64,000 nt of DNA from Diadema antillarum (lineage: Eukaryota), in assembly GCF_040938485.1 (NCBI RefSeq), contig NW_027271689.1, forward strand, positions 1,240,001 through 1,304,000, read 5' to 3'. The notes beneath the pieces are model-generated. The model was given only the letters and a program-made list of their open reading frames with translations, had not been told where the DNA came from and did not search any database. Shown here in pieces: positions 12,964 to 25,079 of the stretch. Positions within the stretch are counted from its first letter, which is position 1; each line of letters begins with the position of its first letter. The position numbers were made by a program, and so were the translations under genes.

Positions 12964-15900
12964 ATGGATCTCACTCGTACTCTGCTCGAGAAGTATAAGG
13001 TAAGTGACATTTTTGCGAAAATTGGAATCGAAATAGTCTCGTAATGTTACTACCCACACCCACTCACAGAGTAAAACACTAAATTTAAACCCAGCCTCAA
13101 CCCCAACCAAATCCAAATACCCATGGACCGAGGATGATCTAAATATTCATCACCAAAATCCAAACCCGAAACTTATCCCTATCCCAGTTATTTACCGTAA
13201 ATTTACAAGCTACTTGAGGCCGATGGGTGTTGCTGTGAATGCTTGCTTTCATCTTCACTTAAAATTGATTTAAATTTATTTCAATTCAAATGACTACATT
13301 TGCAAAGTATTATTAAATCAATCTTAACTAAATTCAGTTAATTGTGTGTTCTGGGTACTTCTTTACGAATGATTCATTTACCTGTCTCGTTCATTTTCGG
13401 AATCACCCTCGAATTTGTTTTAAATTTACCCGGAAGTGCCACACCTCCTTTTTCACGTAAAATTACGTTATAGAACTTAAGATAGAGATCGCATAGTGTG
13501 GCAGGGTTTAGCGCAAACCAGAAACAAACGTTTCTTATAGGAACGCATGAACTTTCCTGGCGCTGTGAGAAATTAGAATTCTGGAATGTGTGTCTGTATC
13601 AAACATTTCCTATTCGTTTTGCGTGCACCAAGTCATGCTAGCCTGGGCAAGCCCTGCATAGTCGGCAGTCACGCTGTGAGGTTGCCAGGACTAAATAGTG
13701 AGTAGAATGAATCAAATAAGACTTCACTTTACTTGTCATGTATTTAAATCAAATTCTATGTAGATTTGTTTCATGTTTCATGAAGACTTGTTCAGCTGTT
13801 AATTCACCTCCTCCAACTTAATATTTGCTGAAATTACTTTGTATTCCAGTCTTGTTATGACGGGTAATTCCGGGCAAGTTGTTCGGTTGTCCATAACAAC
13901 CTTCAGTGGCATTCATGGTATGCACGCGTTTTGAATATGTTAGTGTTTGTACTCTTTCTTCGTCGAGCATTAGATAAGCTGTGTTCAGACGGAGGCAGTT
14001 TTGGTCGGAGTAACTTCGGAGGAAGGGTCGGAGGAAGCTTGGTCGAAGTAACTTCGGAGGATAGGTCGGAGTAGTCCCGTCTGAGCAAGATCGTGGTAAC
14101 TTCCTCTGATCGGAGGAACTTACCACGACCTCTTCCTCCGAACGAGATACTCCTGAGTTTTCTCAGGAGTATCTCGCTACCACGACTAGCCGGTCGGAGT
14201 AAATTGCCCGTGCGGACAAGCCCTCGGAGTATCTATGAACTTACATGCCTTACGACCTAGTAAAACTTCCTGGGTCAAATCGCAATGTTGACATTTTGCG
14301 ACTACACGTGCGCGTGTAGTGCAATTCTATAACCTAGTCGATCGCGACGAAGAAGCTAGCACTCATGCAGAAATTTCTCTTAACAAGAATGGAGAAGACA
14401 AATGCCACTGGTAAAAAAAAACAAACAATCGCATGGTCGACGAGCGCGGCGCTACCACTTCCGGAAGTTACACCGACCCTCACACATAAACTGGTCGGAG
14501 TTTCTTCCCACGACCGTCGTGTGGACACAAGGGTCGTGGTAAGATATGCATTAATTTGAATTTTAATTGCCGTGCCATACATTTTTACTCCGACTAGAAA
14601 TACGTCTGAACATGGCTATAGTTGTTAGCTGATCAACCCAGACTGTGAGGGAAGTTTGAATACATTATGAAGTTACTGTTGGCGGCAGGTTGTTGATAAT
14701 GCGTTGATCATTTCAGAGGCAAATAAGTTTTCAGGGCGGAACCCATCCACATTGGAGGACAACTACATGGTTGTCGAGATTCGAAATGTAGACGGGGCCT
14801 CCCTGACGTCATATGATATGAGAGCAATGTACACCTGCGTATTCCCCCTTATCTGCTTGATCATAAATTAGTTTCTGATAATAATTTACGTATTCATGCC
14901 TGTTTTTGGCTTTGGCGCGAATGGGGATATGAGCTATGATTTCATTTGACATCTCCATTTCAAAGAAAATGTTTGTTGCTTGGTTGGTATTTAAGGAAAG
15001 CAGTGATTATAACGCAATCTAAAAGAAGATATAGGCAAAAGCAGAAGCATTGTTCTTTAGATTCAAATTCATTTTCATTTTCGACGAAACCATTAACACT
15101 CACTTTACTTTTGTAACAGAGAATAATGTAAGCAATGCAATGTAAAGTGAAGAGAGTATACAATAATAGTGAAACATTATAATGAAATATTAAAATGTAT
15201 CACAAAAGTGAAGTGAACAATATGCAATGTACGAAAAAAAAATGAGTCGTACGTTTAATATTCTACTGCTCTGTAACACATAGAGCATTCAAATGCATAT
15301 CCTCGCAAGAGTACTTCCTTTTGTGTAGTACGTTTCATAAATAGGAAAATTGATTTTGTGAGTGATTATTTCATTTCCGTTGTGCATTCATTTTCTTTTC
15401 GTAACGTACATCAAAATCGCATTTCCTCTTACGTTGATATATTCTTTGTCATGAGATCTGATTGAATGACTCAGAGATTGGAGTTCATAATGTGATTGCT
15501 TTGTGGTACTTTTCTGCTATTCACTATGAAAAGTATATAGAAGGAAGAGCAAAAAGAATGAGACAGAGAGACAGACAGAGAACAGGAATATGGAGACACA
15601 ATAGCAGAGAGCACAGTTTTTATTGTTGGATTACATTAGTGAGAATACATACCTAATCAAATGATATAGATTTACATCATCAAACTAACGTCAAAAGTTG
15701 TGCATTACTGACCCCTTCCCCTCCCATCAAAAGAAAAGAAAATCATCTCCCATTTTGATTCATTTGCTGAATTATGAGTCAATATGTCAAAATTGCTATT
15801 AGAGCAACTGCTATAGTGTGCAGCATGTGGTTTTTATACTCGTTCTCATTTCATCATACACATAAATACATGTGAGAAGAATTTTCTGTGCCCGAGTATT

Positions 15901-18900
15901 AACAGTCATTCTCTTTTGTTTATCCTTACTTTTGGTCTTGATTGTACCCGTGCTCCTCATCCTGTTCCCCTCACTAGGCTTTTGTTGGGACCTACACTCA
16001 ACAAGCTTTGCTTTTTAGCAGGTTCCATCGTATTTCTCTTTGCATCCTTTACTTTGATTGAAAATGACACATCGACCGTCATGTATTATTTTTGTATTCC
16101 TATTTCTTCATGTATATATCCAAGCTGGACATTCTGTATTATATTTTGTTATATACGAGATATTTTCCATCGAGAAATACAAAATAAAATTGAAATTGAA
16201 ATAAGTGTTTGTCCATTCTTCTCTTGCTCCAGAAATCCGGACTTGGTGTTGAGGCACAAAACTCTAGAGACGTCCTTGAGGAAGATTTAAAGTTGCATCA
16301 AATCATCAACCAGTCTTTTGACAAAGAAATACAAGGCACTTTGACTCTGCATACTCAAGATGATGGAGCTACAAAGGGTCACGATGAGGCATCAGCGGGA
16401 ACAACGAATCATCATGTCTTCGTCACCAAGGAAACAACATCAGCAAACGACCCTGTGTCCATCAAAAAGTCAGACGTCTTTGGAAAAGAGCTCTATCATG
16501 ACGCAGTAATGGATGTGCCAGTGTGGGCCACAAGAAGTTCTCCCGTATCCAGCAGTGCGGGACGGAACGCATCGCGGCTAGGAAGCACTAGTTCTGACGA
16601 TCATCCAGTGCAGGCCCATGGTGTAGCAGTGCCTGTTCCCGCTCTGGTTATGCTGTGTGTATTTGTCGAAGCGTGCGTCCTGGCTGCCTTCGTCGTTGCT
16701 ATCATTTCTCATATAAGGCGACTTGATAGGAAAAAGGACGCCGAAAAAGGAGCCAATCGACTGTCTGAAAAAGTCGAGGAAATACCGTCTGTAATCAGCA
16801 CCTCGACGCCGCAGTCACAGAGCCGGGTTTGCCCCGGTCTGACCAGCGCCCTGTCGGATAACCTACAATTCGTGTTGCCTGTGTCTCCCATAGACCCCCT
16901 TGATCGACCAACCCTTGGCAGCCTTTCCGCTGGTTCCGGCACACCGTGTGTTCCCGCTGACGCTCGACCAAAGAAAATCCTCGGGGCCCTATCCGAAGAC
17001 AGGCAGCGAAGCAGCACCTGGTTAACTTTCACTCCCGACTCCAAGAGGGCGTTATTTGCCATGACGCGCTCGAAGTCGAACCCGGAGCAACTCTACTCCC
17101 TTTCGATGTCGAGCGACGGACATGAGATCGAGACGGCCATCGGCAAAATCGACCCGTCCGTTTACAAACGGCAAGAAGAGCTGGTGGCAAAATATGTTGG
17201 CAAGTGGAAGCAAAAGAGTAAGAAAGAAAAAGGCAAAATCAGTTTCAAGGTCTCCTATGACTTTGAAATCGAGCTTCTGACTGTGTTCGTCGCCAAGGCA
17301 ACAGATCTCCCCGTTGTGTCGAAAGAGGTACGAGAAGCATTATTTTTCCATTAATCCTGGAAGATATCTTAATGATTAAAATGTCACTGCAAATGTCTTC
17401 ATAATTCAACACAATACTTTTTATTCATTTTATTTCCATGTTTCATGAATTTTTGTTTTTGTTTTTGTTTTTTGTTTTTTAGGAGGCTGGTGTATTTGTT
17501 TGTTCAGAAAGAAAATGAAACCTTAGAAACAAGCGTCAGGAATTCCCCTTGTTAACAGGGCTCGTGGTTGCATAGAGTATTGGCTTGAACAGGCAGACAT
17601 CAAGATGCACACTGATTAGGCGTTTTCACATCAGCCCGATAAAAATCCAAGCTCGAGATATTTTTTAATTTCCCAAGTCAGAAAATAGCGCGCTATTTCG
17701 AAACATCGGGCTGATGTGAAAACGCCTAATGAAAACAGTAGATATAAAGATGCGTAGATTTAAAGGTCAACCGAAGATTATCTGCGGGGAAACATGTACA
17801 TGTCATGCAGATAATCTGTACAACTTGTGCGTGTACGAAATAGGGACGTATTGAGTAAGCACAAGGAATTATAGTATGTTGGGTTGCATTTCAAGGTGGA
17901 ATATCTATCATTGAAACCCTGACAGTTCAATGGGGATGTGTTCATCAAAGTGGCTTTAGACCCAGATCACAAGAAGCGTTCCATGAGTTCTTCCATCCTA
18001 CGTGGTACTCGCAGCCCAAACTTCAGCCAGAACTTCGCTTTCCGCATCGCCAAATGCGCCCTCGCCGACATGAACGTAATTCTGACGGTGTGCGAGTACG
18101 ACCGCTATTCCCATCCGATACCTGTCGGTCATGTGACCTATTCCCTGACAAGTCACGATTTTGCGGGAACCAACACAGACAGTGAAAAACTCATTTGGCT
18201 CGACCTTGAAAAGCCGGATAAGGTATCATAATTATCTAACCTACAGCATAATACAGTGGACTCCCATTATAACGAAGTCCTTGGGACCGGCAGTTTCCTT
18301 TCGTTATGTTTATCGAAATTTCGTTATGGCCAAACAAATAAACAATATAAATACATAGAATAGATAATGTTGCGGCATGATTTTTGTTATAACCGTGCTT
18401 GTTATAACAGGAGTGTACTGTACTCGTAGTTTTCCAATCTATTACGATTTAAGCTCTTTGGGAAGACGATGAATCAGTCATTTGCGTCTGGAGACACGGA
18501 ATTGGGGATCAAAATGTCATACATTTGAAGCTCACGAGAAGCAGCTTTGGTATTGTAATGTATAATCATGTATATAAATATACATCTTATATAATTTATT
18601 GTATAATGCAATTATGAATGAATTATTATCTAATATAGTGTTCATCTTACTTGATCATGTAAGATGCTGGAAGGCATGATTTGTGTGCTAGATACTGTGT
18701 CCACCTTCGAGTATCTTGAGATGGGGGAAGGGTCGGACACTTGTCTACTTTAAATTCAATAGTATTCTCTGGCACAGTATATTGAATGTATAAGTCTAAA
18801 CTGGGAAGACGAGAGAATTTGACAATAAATCTTACGTACTGATCTCTCCATTACTCCAGGATGCAGACGATACCAAATACGGAGAACTGCTCATCTCGCT

Positions 18901-21900
18901 GACGTACCTTCCGAATGCCGAGCGTGTGAATCTCATCATCATGAAGGCACAGGGGTTGAGACTCAAAGAGTGGGGAGACAAGCAAGTTGGAAAGTCCAGT
19001 AAGTCATTAACTAGGTTGAAACAAGTTAATCTTCGTTTGAGACTCAAATAGTAGGTTCAAACAAACTAACAGGGTTTGAGACTCAAAGAGTAGGTTCAAA
19101 CAAGTTAACAGGGTGTGAGACTCAAAGAGTGGGTTCAAACAAGCTAACAGGGTTTCAGACTCAAAGAGTAGGTTCAAACAAGTTAACAGGGTTTGAGACT
19201 CAAAGAGTAGGTTCAAACAAGCTAACAGGGTTTGAGACTCAAAGAGTGGGTTCAAACAAGCTAACAGGGTTTGAGACTCAAAGAGTGGGTTCAAACAAGC
19301 TAACAGGGTTTGAGACTCGAAGAGTGGGCTCAAACAAGTTGGAAAAGTCCAGTAAGTCATTAACTAGGTTGAAACAAGTTAATCTTCGTTTGAGACTCAA
19401 ATAGTAGGTTCAAACAAACTAACAGGGTTTGAGACTCAAAGAGTAGGTTCAAACAAGTTAACAGGGTGTGAGACTCAAAGAGTGGGTTCAAACAAGCTAA
19501 CGGGGTTTGAGACTCAAAGAGTAGGTTCAAACAAGCTAACAGGGTGTGAGACTCAAAGAGTAGGTTCAAACAAGTTAACAGGGTGTGAGACTCAAAGAGT
19601 GGGTTCAAACAAGCTAACAGGGTTTGAGACTCAAAGAGTGGGTTCAAACAAGCTAACAGGGTTTGAGACTCAAAGAGTAGGTTCAAACAGGTTAACAGGG
19701 TTTGAGACTCAAAGAGTAGGTTCAAACAAGTTAACAGGGTGTGAGACTCAAAGAGTGGGTTCAAACAAGCTAACAGGGTTTGAGACTCAAAGAGTAGGTT
19801 CAAACAAACTAACAGGGTGTGAGACTCAAAGAGTAGGTTCAAACAAGCTAACAGGGTGTGAGACTCAAAGAGTGGGTTCAAACAAGCTAACAGGGTGTGA
19901 GACTCAAAGAGTAGGTTCAAACAAGCTAACAGGATTTGAGACTCAAAGAGTAGGTTCAAACAAGTTAACAGGGTTTGAGACTCAAAGAGTAGGTTCAAAC
20001 AAGCTAACAGGGTTTGAGACTCAAAGAGTAGGTTCAAACAAGCTAACAGGGTTTGAGACTCAAAGAGTGGGCTCAAACAAGTTAACAGGGTTTGAGACTC
20101 AAAGAGTAGGTTCAAACAAGCTAACAGGGTTTGAGACTCAAAGAGTGGGTTCAAACAAGCTAACAGGGTTTGAGACTCAAAGAGTAGGTTCAAACAAGCT
20201 AACAGGGTTTGAGACTCAAAGAGTAGGTTCAAACAAGCTAACAGGGTTTGAGACTCAGAGTAGGTTCAAACAAGCTAACAGGGTTTGAGACTCAAAGAGT
20301 AGGTTTAAACAAACTAATAGGGTGTGAGACTCAAAGAGTAGGTTTAAACAAACTAACAGGGTTTGAGACTCAAAGAGTAGGTTCAAACAAGTTAACAGGG
20401 TTTGAGACTCAAAGAGTAGGTTCAAACAAGTTAACAGGGTTTACTTGAGACTCAAAGAGTGGGTTCAAACAAGCTAACAGGGTTTGAGACTCAAAGAGTA
20501 GGTTCAAACAAGCTAACAGGGTTTGAGACTCAAAGAGTAGGTTCAAACAAGCTAACAGGGTTTGAGACTCAACGAGTGGGTTTAAACAAGCTAACAGGGT
20601 GTGAGACTCAAAGAGTAGGTTCAAACAAGGTAACAGGGTTTGAGACTCGAAGAGTGGGCTCAAACAAGCTAACAGGGTTTGAGACTCAAAGAGTGGGTTC
20701 AAACAAGTTAACAGGGTGTGAGACTCAAAGAGTGGGTTCAAACAAGCTAACAGGGTTTGAGACTCGAAGAGTGGGTTCAAACAAGTTAACAGGGTTTGAG
20801 ACTCAAAGAGTGGGCTCAAACAAGCTAACAGGGTTTGAGACTCGAAGAGTGGGTTCAAACAAGCTAACAGGGTTTACTTGAGACTCAAAGAGTAGGTTCA
20901 AACAAGCTAACAGGGTTTGAGACTCAAAGAGTAGGTTCAAACAAGTTAACAGGGTTTGAGACTCGAAGAGTAGGTTCAAACAAGCTAACAGGGTTTGAGA
21001 CTCAAAGAGTAGGTTCAAACAAGCTAACAGGGTTTGAGACTCAAAGAGTGGGTTCAAACAAGCTAACAGGGTTTGAGACTCAGAGTAGGTTCAAACAAGC
21101 TAACAGGGTTTGAGACTCAAAGAGTGGGTTCAAACAAGCTAACAGGGTTTGAGACTCAAAGAGTAGGTTCTAACAAGCTAACAGGGTTTGAGACTCAAAG
21201 AGTAGGTTCAAACAAGTTAACAGGGTTTGAGACTCAAAGAGTAGGTTCAAACAAGTTAACAGGGTTTACTTGAGACTCAAAGAGTGGGTTCAAACAAGCT
21301 AACAGGGTTTGAGACTCAAAGAGTGGGTTCAAACAAGGTAACAGGGTTTGAGACTCGAAGAGTGGGCTCAAACAAGCTAACAGGGTTTGAGACTCGAAGA
21401 GTGGGCTCAAACAAGCTAACAGGGTTTGAAACTCGAAGAGTGGGCTCAAACAAGGTAACAGGGTTTGAGACTCAAAGAGTGGGTTCAAACAAGTTGGAAA
21501 AGTCCAGTAAGTCATTAACTAGGTTGAAACAAGTTAACCTTCGTTTGAGACTCAAAGAGTAGGTTCAAACAAGCTAACAGGGTTTGAGACTCTAAGAGTG
21601 GAGAGACAAACAGGTTGGAAAGTCCAGTAAGTTAATGATTAGGTTCGAACTGAGCTGACTTAACTTGATAAGTATGAAAACTTACTCACTTTTAGGACTA
21701 CAGCAATATCTCTTCCTGCATCAAATACTATCCTACATGTATACCAGGCATCTTTTATGGCATTTTAGTACATGTAGCTAATTTGTGTCGGTGACATGAC
21801 ATTTGCTCCTGCAACAATTGCTCTGGTGTTATTTTCTTCAAGGACCTAGGGTTAGGGTTAGGATTGTGTTTGTGGGTCGAATTTATGTTTGGCTTAGCGT

Positions 21901-22789
21901 GTAGATATTTCATAGGAACAATTTAATTGTCGCAGGAGCAAATGTTATGGGGCGCCAATTGTCGCATGGTGTATTTCGCTACGAAATTAGTCATTTCGTA
22001 ACGAATTATCATTTCTTCAACGAACTGTTCATTTCGTCACGAAATACAGTCATTTCGTAACGAAATGGCCATTTCGTCGACGAAATCTGATTTCGTGATG
22101 AAGTAGTCCGTGCGACACTTGGCGCCCATAAATGTCGTGGAACATTTGTGTCAGAATTATAAAGATAATCAGCAAGTCATCAAAATTGTCTTAACATTAC
22201 GTGCCCTTACCATAGATGATATTACAGTTTCGGTGGGTAGTTGGTGATTCAGGATGACCATAATGCGTGAGTATAACCCATGCCTTTATTAATGTTACAC
22301 TGTATTATTTTTCGTCAACTGCAGCTCTCATTGTTCTAAACATCTAAACGCTTTATAATGAGCAAACCACTGAGGGAGCACTTTTTTCTTTTCATGACTA
22401 CAATGAGTACTTCATTAGAGATCAATGGACTGATGGTATTGACGCTGATGTATTTTTGTGCTACAGTTCTCGATACCTTCGTAAAGATTACCATCATGCG
22501 GTGTGGGAAAGTCATGAAGCACAAGAACACCAAAGTCGTGCGTCGCTCGTGTTCGCCGATCTACAACGAAGCATTCTCCATCGATCGCATGCGGCTGTCG
22601 GAGATGCCCGAATGTTGCTTCGTGCTCTCGGTCTGCGTTCGGCTCAACCACTTCCGAAGTCACCGTGTCATCGGTCGATGCGTGGTCGGCGGCAAGGACT
22701 GCGCAGTCGGCGACGGGCTCGCGCACTGGAACGACATGTCAGACTCACCGCGCAGCATTGTCGCCAGATGGCACAAAATACAAAAATGA
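12964..22789 (+). CDS. Synaptotagmin-like protein (single TM + C2A + C2B), probably Ca2+-independent; subfamily not assigned
   Basis: Confident exons are 16233-17327, 17926-18222, 18860-18998 and 22467-22789 (TGA). The TM VPALVMLCVFVEACVLAAFVVAIISHI is followed by RRLDRKK. C2A reads KGKISFKVSYDFEIELLTVFVAKATDLP..DVFIKV..PNFSQNFAF; C2B reads GELLISLTYLPNAERVNLIIMKAQGL..DTFVKI..KNTKVVRRSCSPIYNEAF..GLAHWNDMSDSPRSIVARWH. The putative first coding exon 12964-12999 (MDLTRTLLEKYK, GTAAGT donor, phase 0) is tentative. Confidence 0.88.
13978..14616. mobile_element. PIF/Harbinger-like non-autonomous element
   Basis: TIRs GCTGTGTTCAGACG / CGTCTGAACATGGC (2 mismatches) with 3-bp A/T flanks. Internal TCGGAG(G/T)A repeats, a perfect 15-bp stem hairpin at 14143-14176, and internal TIR-like ends near 14090 and 14215. 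Confidence 0.6.
17619..17726. mobile_element. 108-bp Harbinger-type MITE in a synaptotagmin intron
   Basis: Perfect TIR GGCGTTTTCACATCAGCCCGAT / ATCGGGCTGATGTGAAAACGCC with TTA/TAA flanks. Confidence 0.7.
18254..18420. mobile_element. pogo/Tigger-like MITE, copy 2, in a synaptotagmin intron
   Basis: TA|CAGTGGACTCCCATTATAACGAAGTCCTTGG...TTATAACAGGAGTGTACTG|TA. Confidence 0.75.
18952..21660 (+). repeat. 39-bp minisatellite array (~65 units) starting in synaptotagmin exon 18860-18998 and filling the first part of the following intron
   Basis: Consensus GGGTTTGAGACTCAAAGAGT(A/G)GGTTCAAACAAG(C/T)TAACA. It accounts for all the GFETQRVGSNKLT and LLFESQTLLACLN ORFs in the track. Confidence 0.97.
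21796..22150. mobile_element. Composite: repeat carrying TTAGGG hexamers with a nested palindromic MITE at 21946-22129
   Basis: Host ends ACATTTGCTCCTGC...GCAGGAGCAAATGT. The nested element (T)ATGGGGCGCCAA..TTGGCGCCCAT is flanked by AAATGT on both sides and carries internal (A)TTTCGT..CGAAA repeats. Confidence 0.55.
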
Positions 22790-25029
22790 AACTTATCACG
22801 TTGAAATGGCTTATCGTGTAACTTCCTCATGCACCTGTCATTCGAAGAAGTCAGTAATTCCATGACTTCACGTTTGACCTGATATTTGCAATTGCACTTC
22901 CTTTCCAAACTGGCTGATTTCAGGCATCCATCCTTATAATTTTGTTTAAACACTGCAGGCCATTTTGAAGACGCGAGGCAAAAATCTCGTAAGATGACAT
23001 AGTTTCAAAATGTTGATTGACAGTGGGTTGGACAAGGTCATCAGGTTTTTGTAGTTGCTGAGACGAAATTTTTTTTTTTTCGATAGAAGAATCACTCCAG
23101 TCTGGACGATGAGTGTATTCAAGGAATGGTTAGCTTGTAATCAGTCTCTCCATGATTTTTTTTTTCACATTTGTATAGAAAATTCTCTCGATAATTTTTT
23201 TTTCTCTGCGAGTTCTCGAATGAAGACTTTTAATTGCTTTGAAAAGTCAGAGGTATTACTTAGCGAGAGGAAAAATAATTGATTGTCCCTCCCCATTATC
23301 ACGTACACAGATGCATTTCCTTCTTACATGTATAGGCCTAAATGACTTTGAGGCATCAGCAGCGTATTATTGTAATGATTCGGTCACTTTCCTCAGAGTT
23401 TAGTGATGTAAAAGTTTTTGTCAAGATAAGTATATAGACAGGACCCTGTGTTTAAATGTCTAGGTCATTATATTCCACATTTCCAGCGTGGAAGAAAGCG
23501 TGAGTTTGATTCTCAAAATGATCGATGTCATTGTTAGTACCATTGGATATCAAGTCAAATTTGCAAAAATTAAACTCGGTTGAGAAAACTATGCCTTGCA
23601 GCATATGAACAAAGTGTTTTGTAAGAAATGCTGCTTTGGGAAAAGAGAGCGAGAACTCGCGTATCGGATATTAACGTAAAGTGTTGTACGAGATACACGC
23701 GTGTATTTCAATACACGTTAAACAGGAATGGATTGGAGTTATACTGTCTGACTTTTTTAAACGAAAGTCATTCAAAACCGAAAACAAAAGAAAAAAAACA
23801 AGAAATAGTGAGAAACCCAGCGTTGTAGACATGCAAGAACTTGCGTGAGAATTCTTTCTGATGTATATACACACTGATTTAATTGATTAGGAGATGATTC
23901 AGAGGCCCTGTGTTAGGCAACAAATAAGTTCGAATAATTCGTGGCAAAATCCGTGTAAAACTGTTCTCAATTTGAAAGAAAAACCTTTTTACGGTGTGAT
24001 ATGATGTTGTATCCTATGCAGGATTTTGCTTATTCGATCAGTGACGACTGACGTTATTTGCGAAATTCAAACCGTGCAAAGCTGAACATGCACAAGCACG
24101 TTTTCTCTTAAAGATGCACAGTTACTAGGAAGACTTTTGTAAACTCAAACTAATTCTTTAAAAAAGAAAGAATTGGATATACCATCCTAATGAGTCTGCT
24201 TTTGTGTTTTATTGTTTTTATCATTGGAGTAATGTAAAAAAAGACAGAATGTGAAGTGTAAGCGAATCATTGTTCTCGGGGGAAATGCGAGCTTATTTCT
24301 TTTAAGAGACACATGAACTGAAAAGATTTTTTTCTTCTTTCAAATCTAATTTCAAAAAGTTTCCGAAATAAAGCAAAAATTGTGTCCCTGAATACTCTGC
24401 ATAGAACAACGAAAAATACCTCGTGATATGCCATTGAAAATGGGCAAAAAGTTGTGAGAGTAGGGACCTAATTAAAAAAACCGTCACATAAAACATCGAA
24501 AAATCGAGAACCTTTTCCTCTCGAAAGTCGCGGCAGGAATACTACTGCGATATAAAAAAAAAAGTAATCCCACATGTTCATGTCTCATTTAATCTCGCTG
24601 AAAGTGCCTCAATTTCATTATGCTGTATAACTTTACTCTTATCCTCTGTAGGCAACAGGGGACTCGGTTAGACCAGGGAGGTAACCCCCTCCCTGATTAG
24701 ACCCAACACAGATCATTTCTTCTGTCGACAAAGTGGTCAATATAATGATGTTGATAAATAACCTAACAGGTCAAATGGAACTCCATGAGTATGTTTACAC
24801 GTTATTACTGTCGTTCCCGTTGCTAAAGACAGAGAGAGAGAGAGAGAGAGAGAGATGGAGGGAGGGAGGGAGGGAGGGAGGGCGGGGGGATCTGCGCAAT
24901 AGCAAATTTGTTGCCTCTTTATGATCGATTGCCCAATAAAGGTGTAAGTTTGAATGTAAAGTCACCATGTACATGTACAGCAGGCGGGAATGACCGAGCG
25001 AGAGACGCCTTAAAAGTGTCACACGATGG

Positions 25030-25079
<50 letters not shown>

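Noticed and set aside
14717-14860. Short open frame after an acceptor-like site (EANKFSGRNPST..MYTCVFPLSA)
   Set aside because: No partner exon in compatible phase and no recognisable domain.
19007-21562. Long ORFs on both strands (up to 290 aa) and a CRISPR-like regular look
   Set aside because: The ORFs result from a 39-bp (13-codon) period. There are no unique spacers and no cas genes, and the context is a eukaryotic intron. Only the spliced-cassette reading is retained as a hypothesis.
21847-21862. TTAGGG repeats
   Set aside because: Fewer than three units, inside a dispersed repeat; not a telomere or fusion signature.
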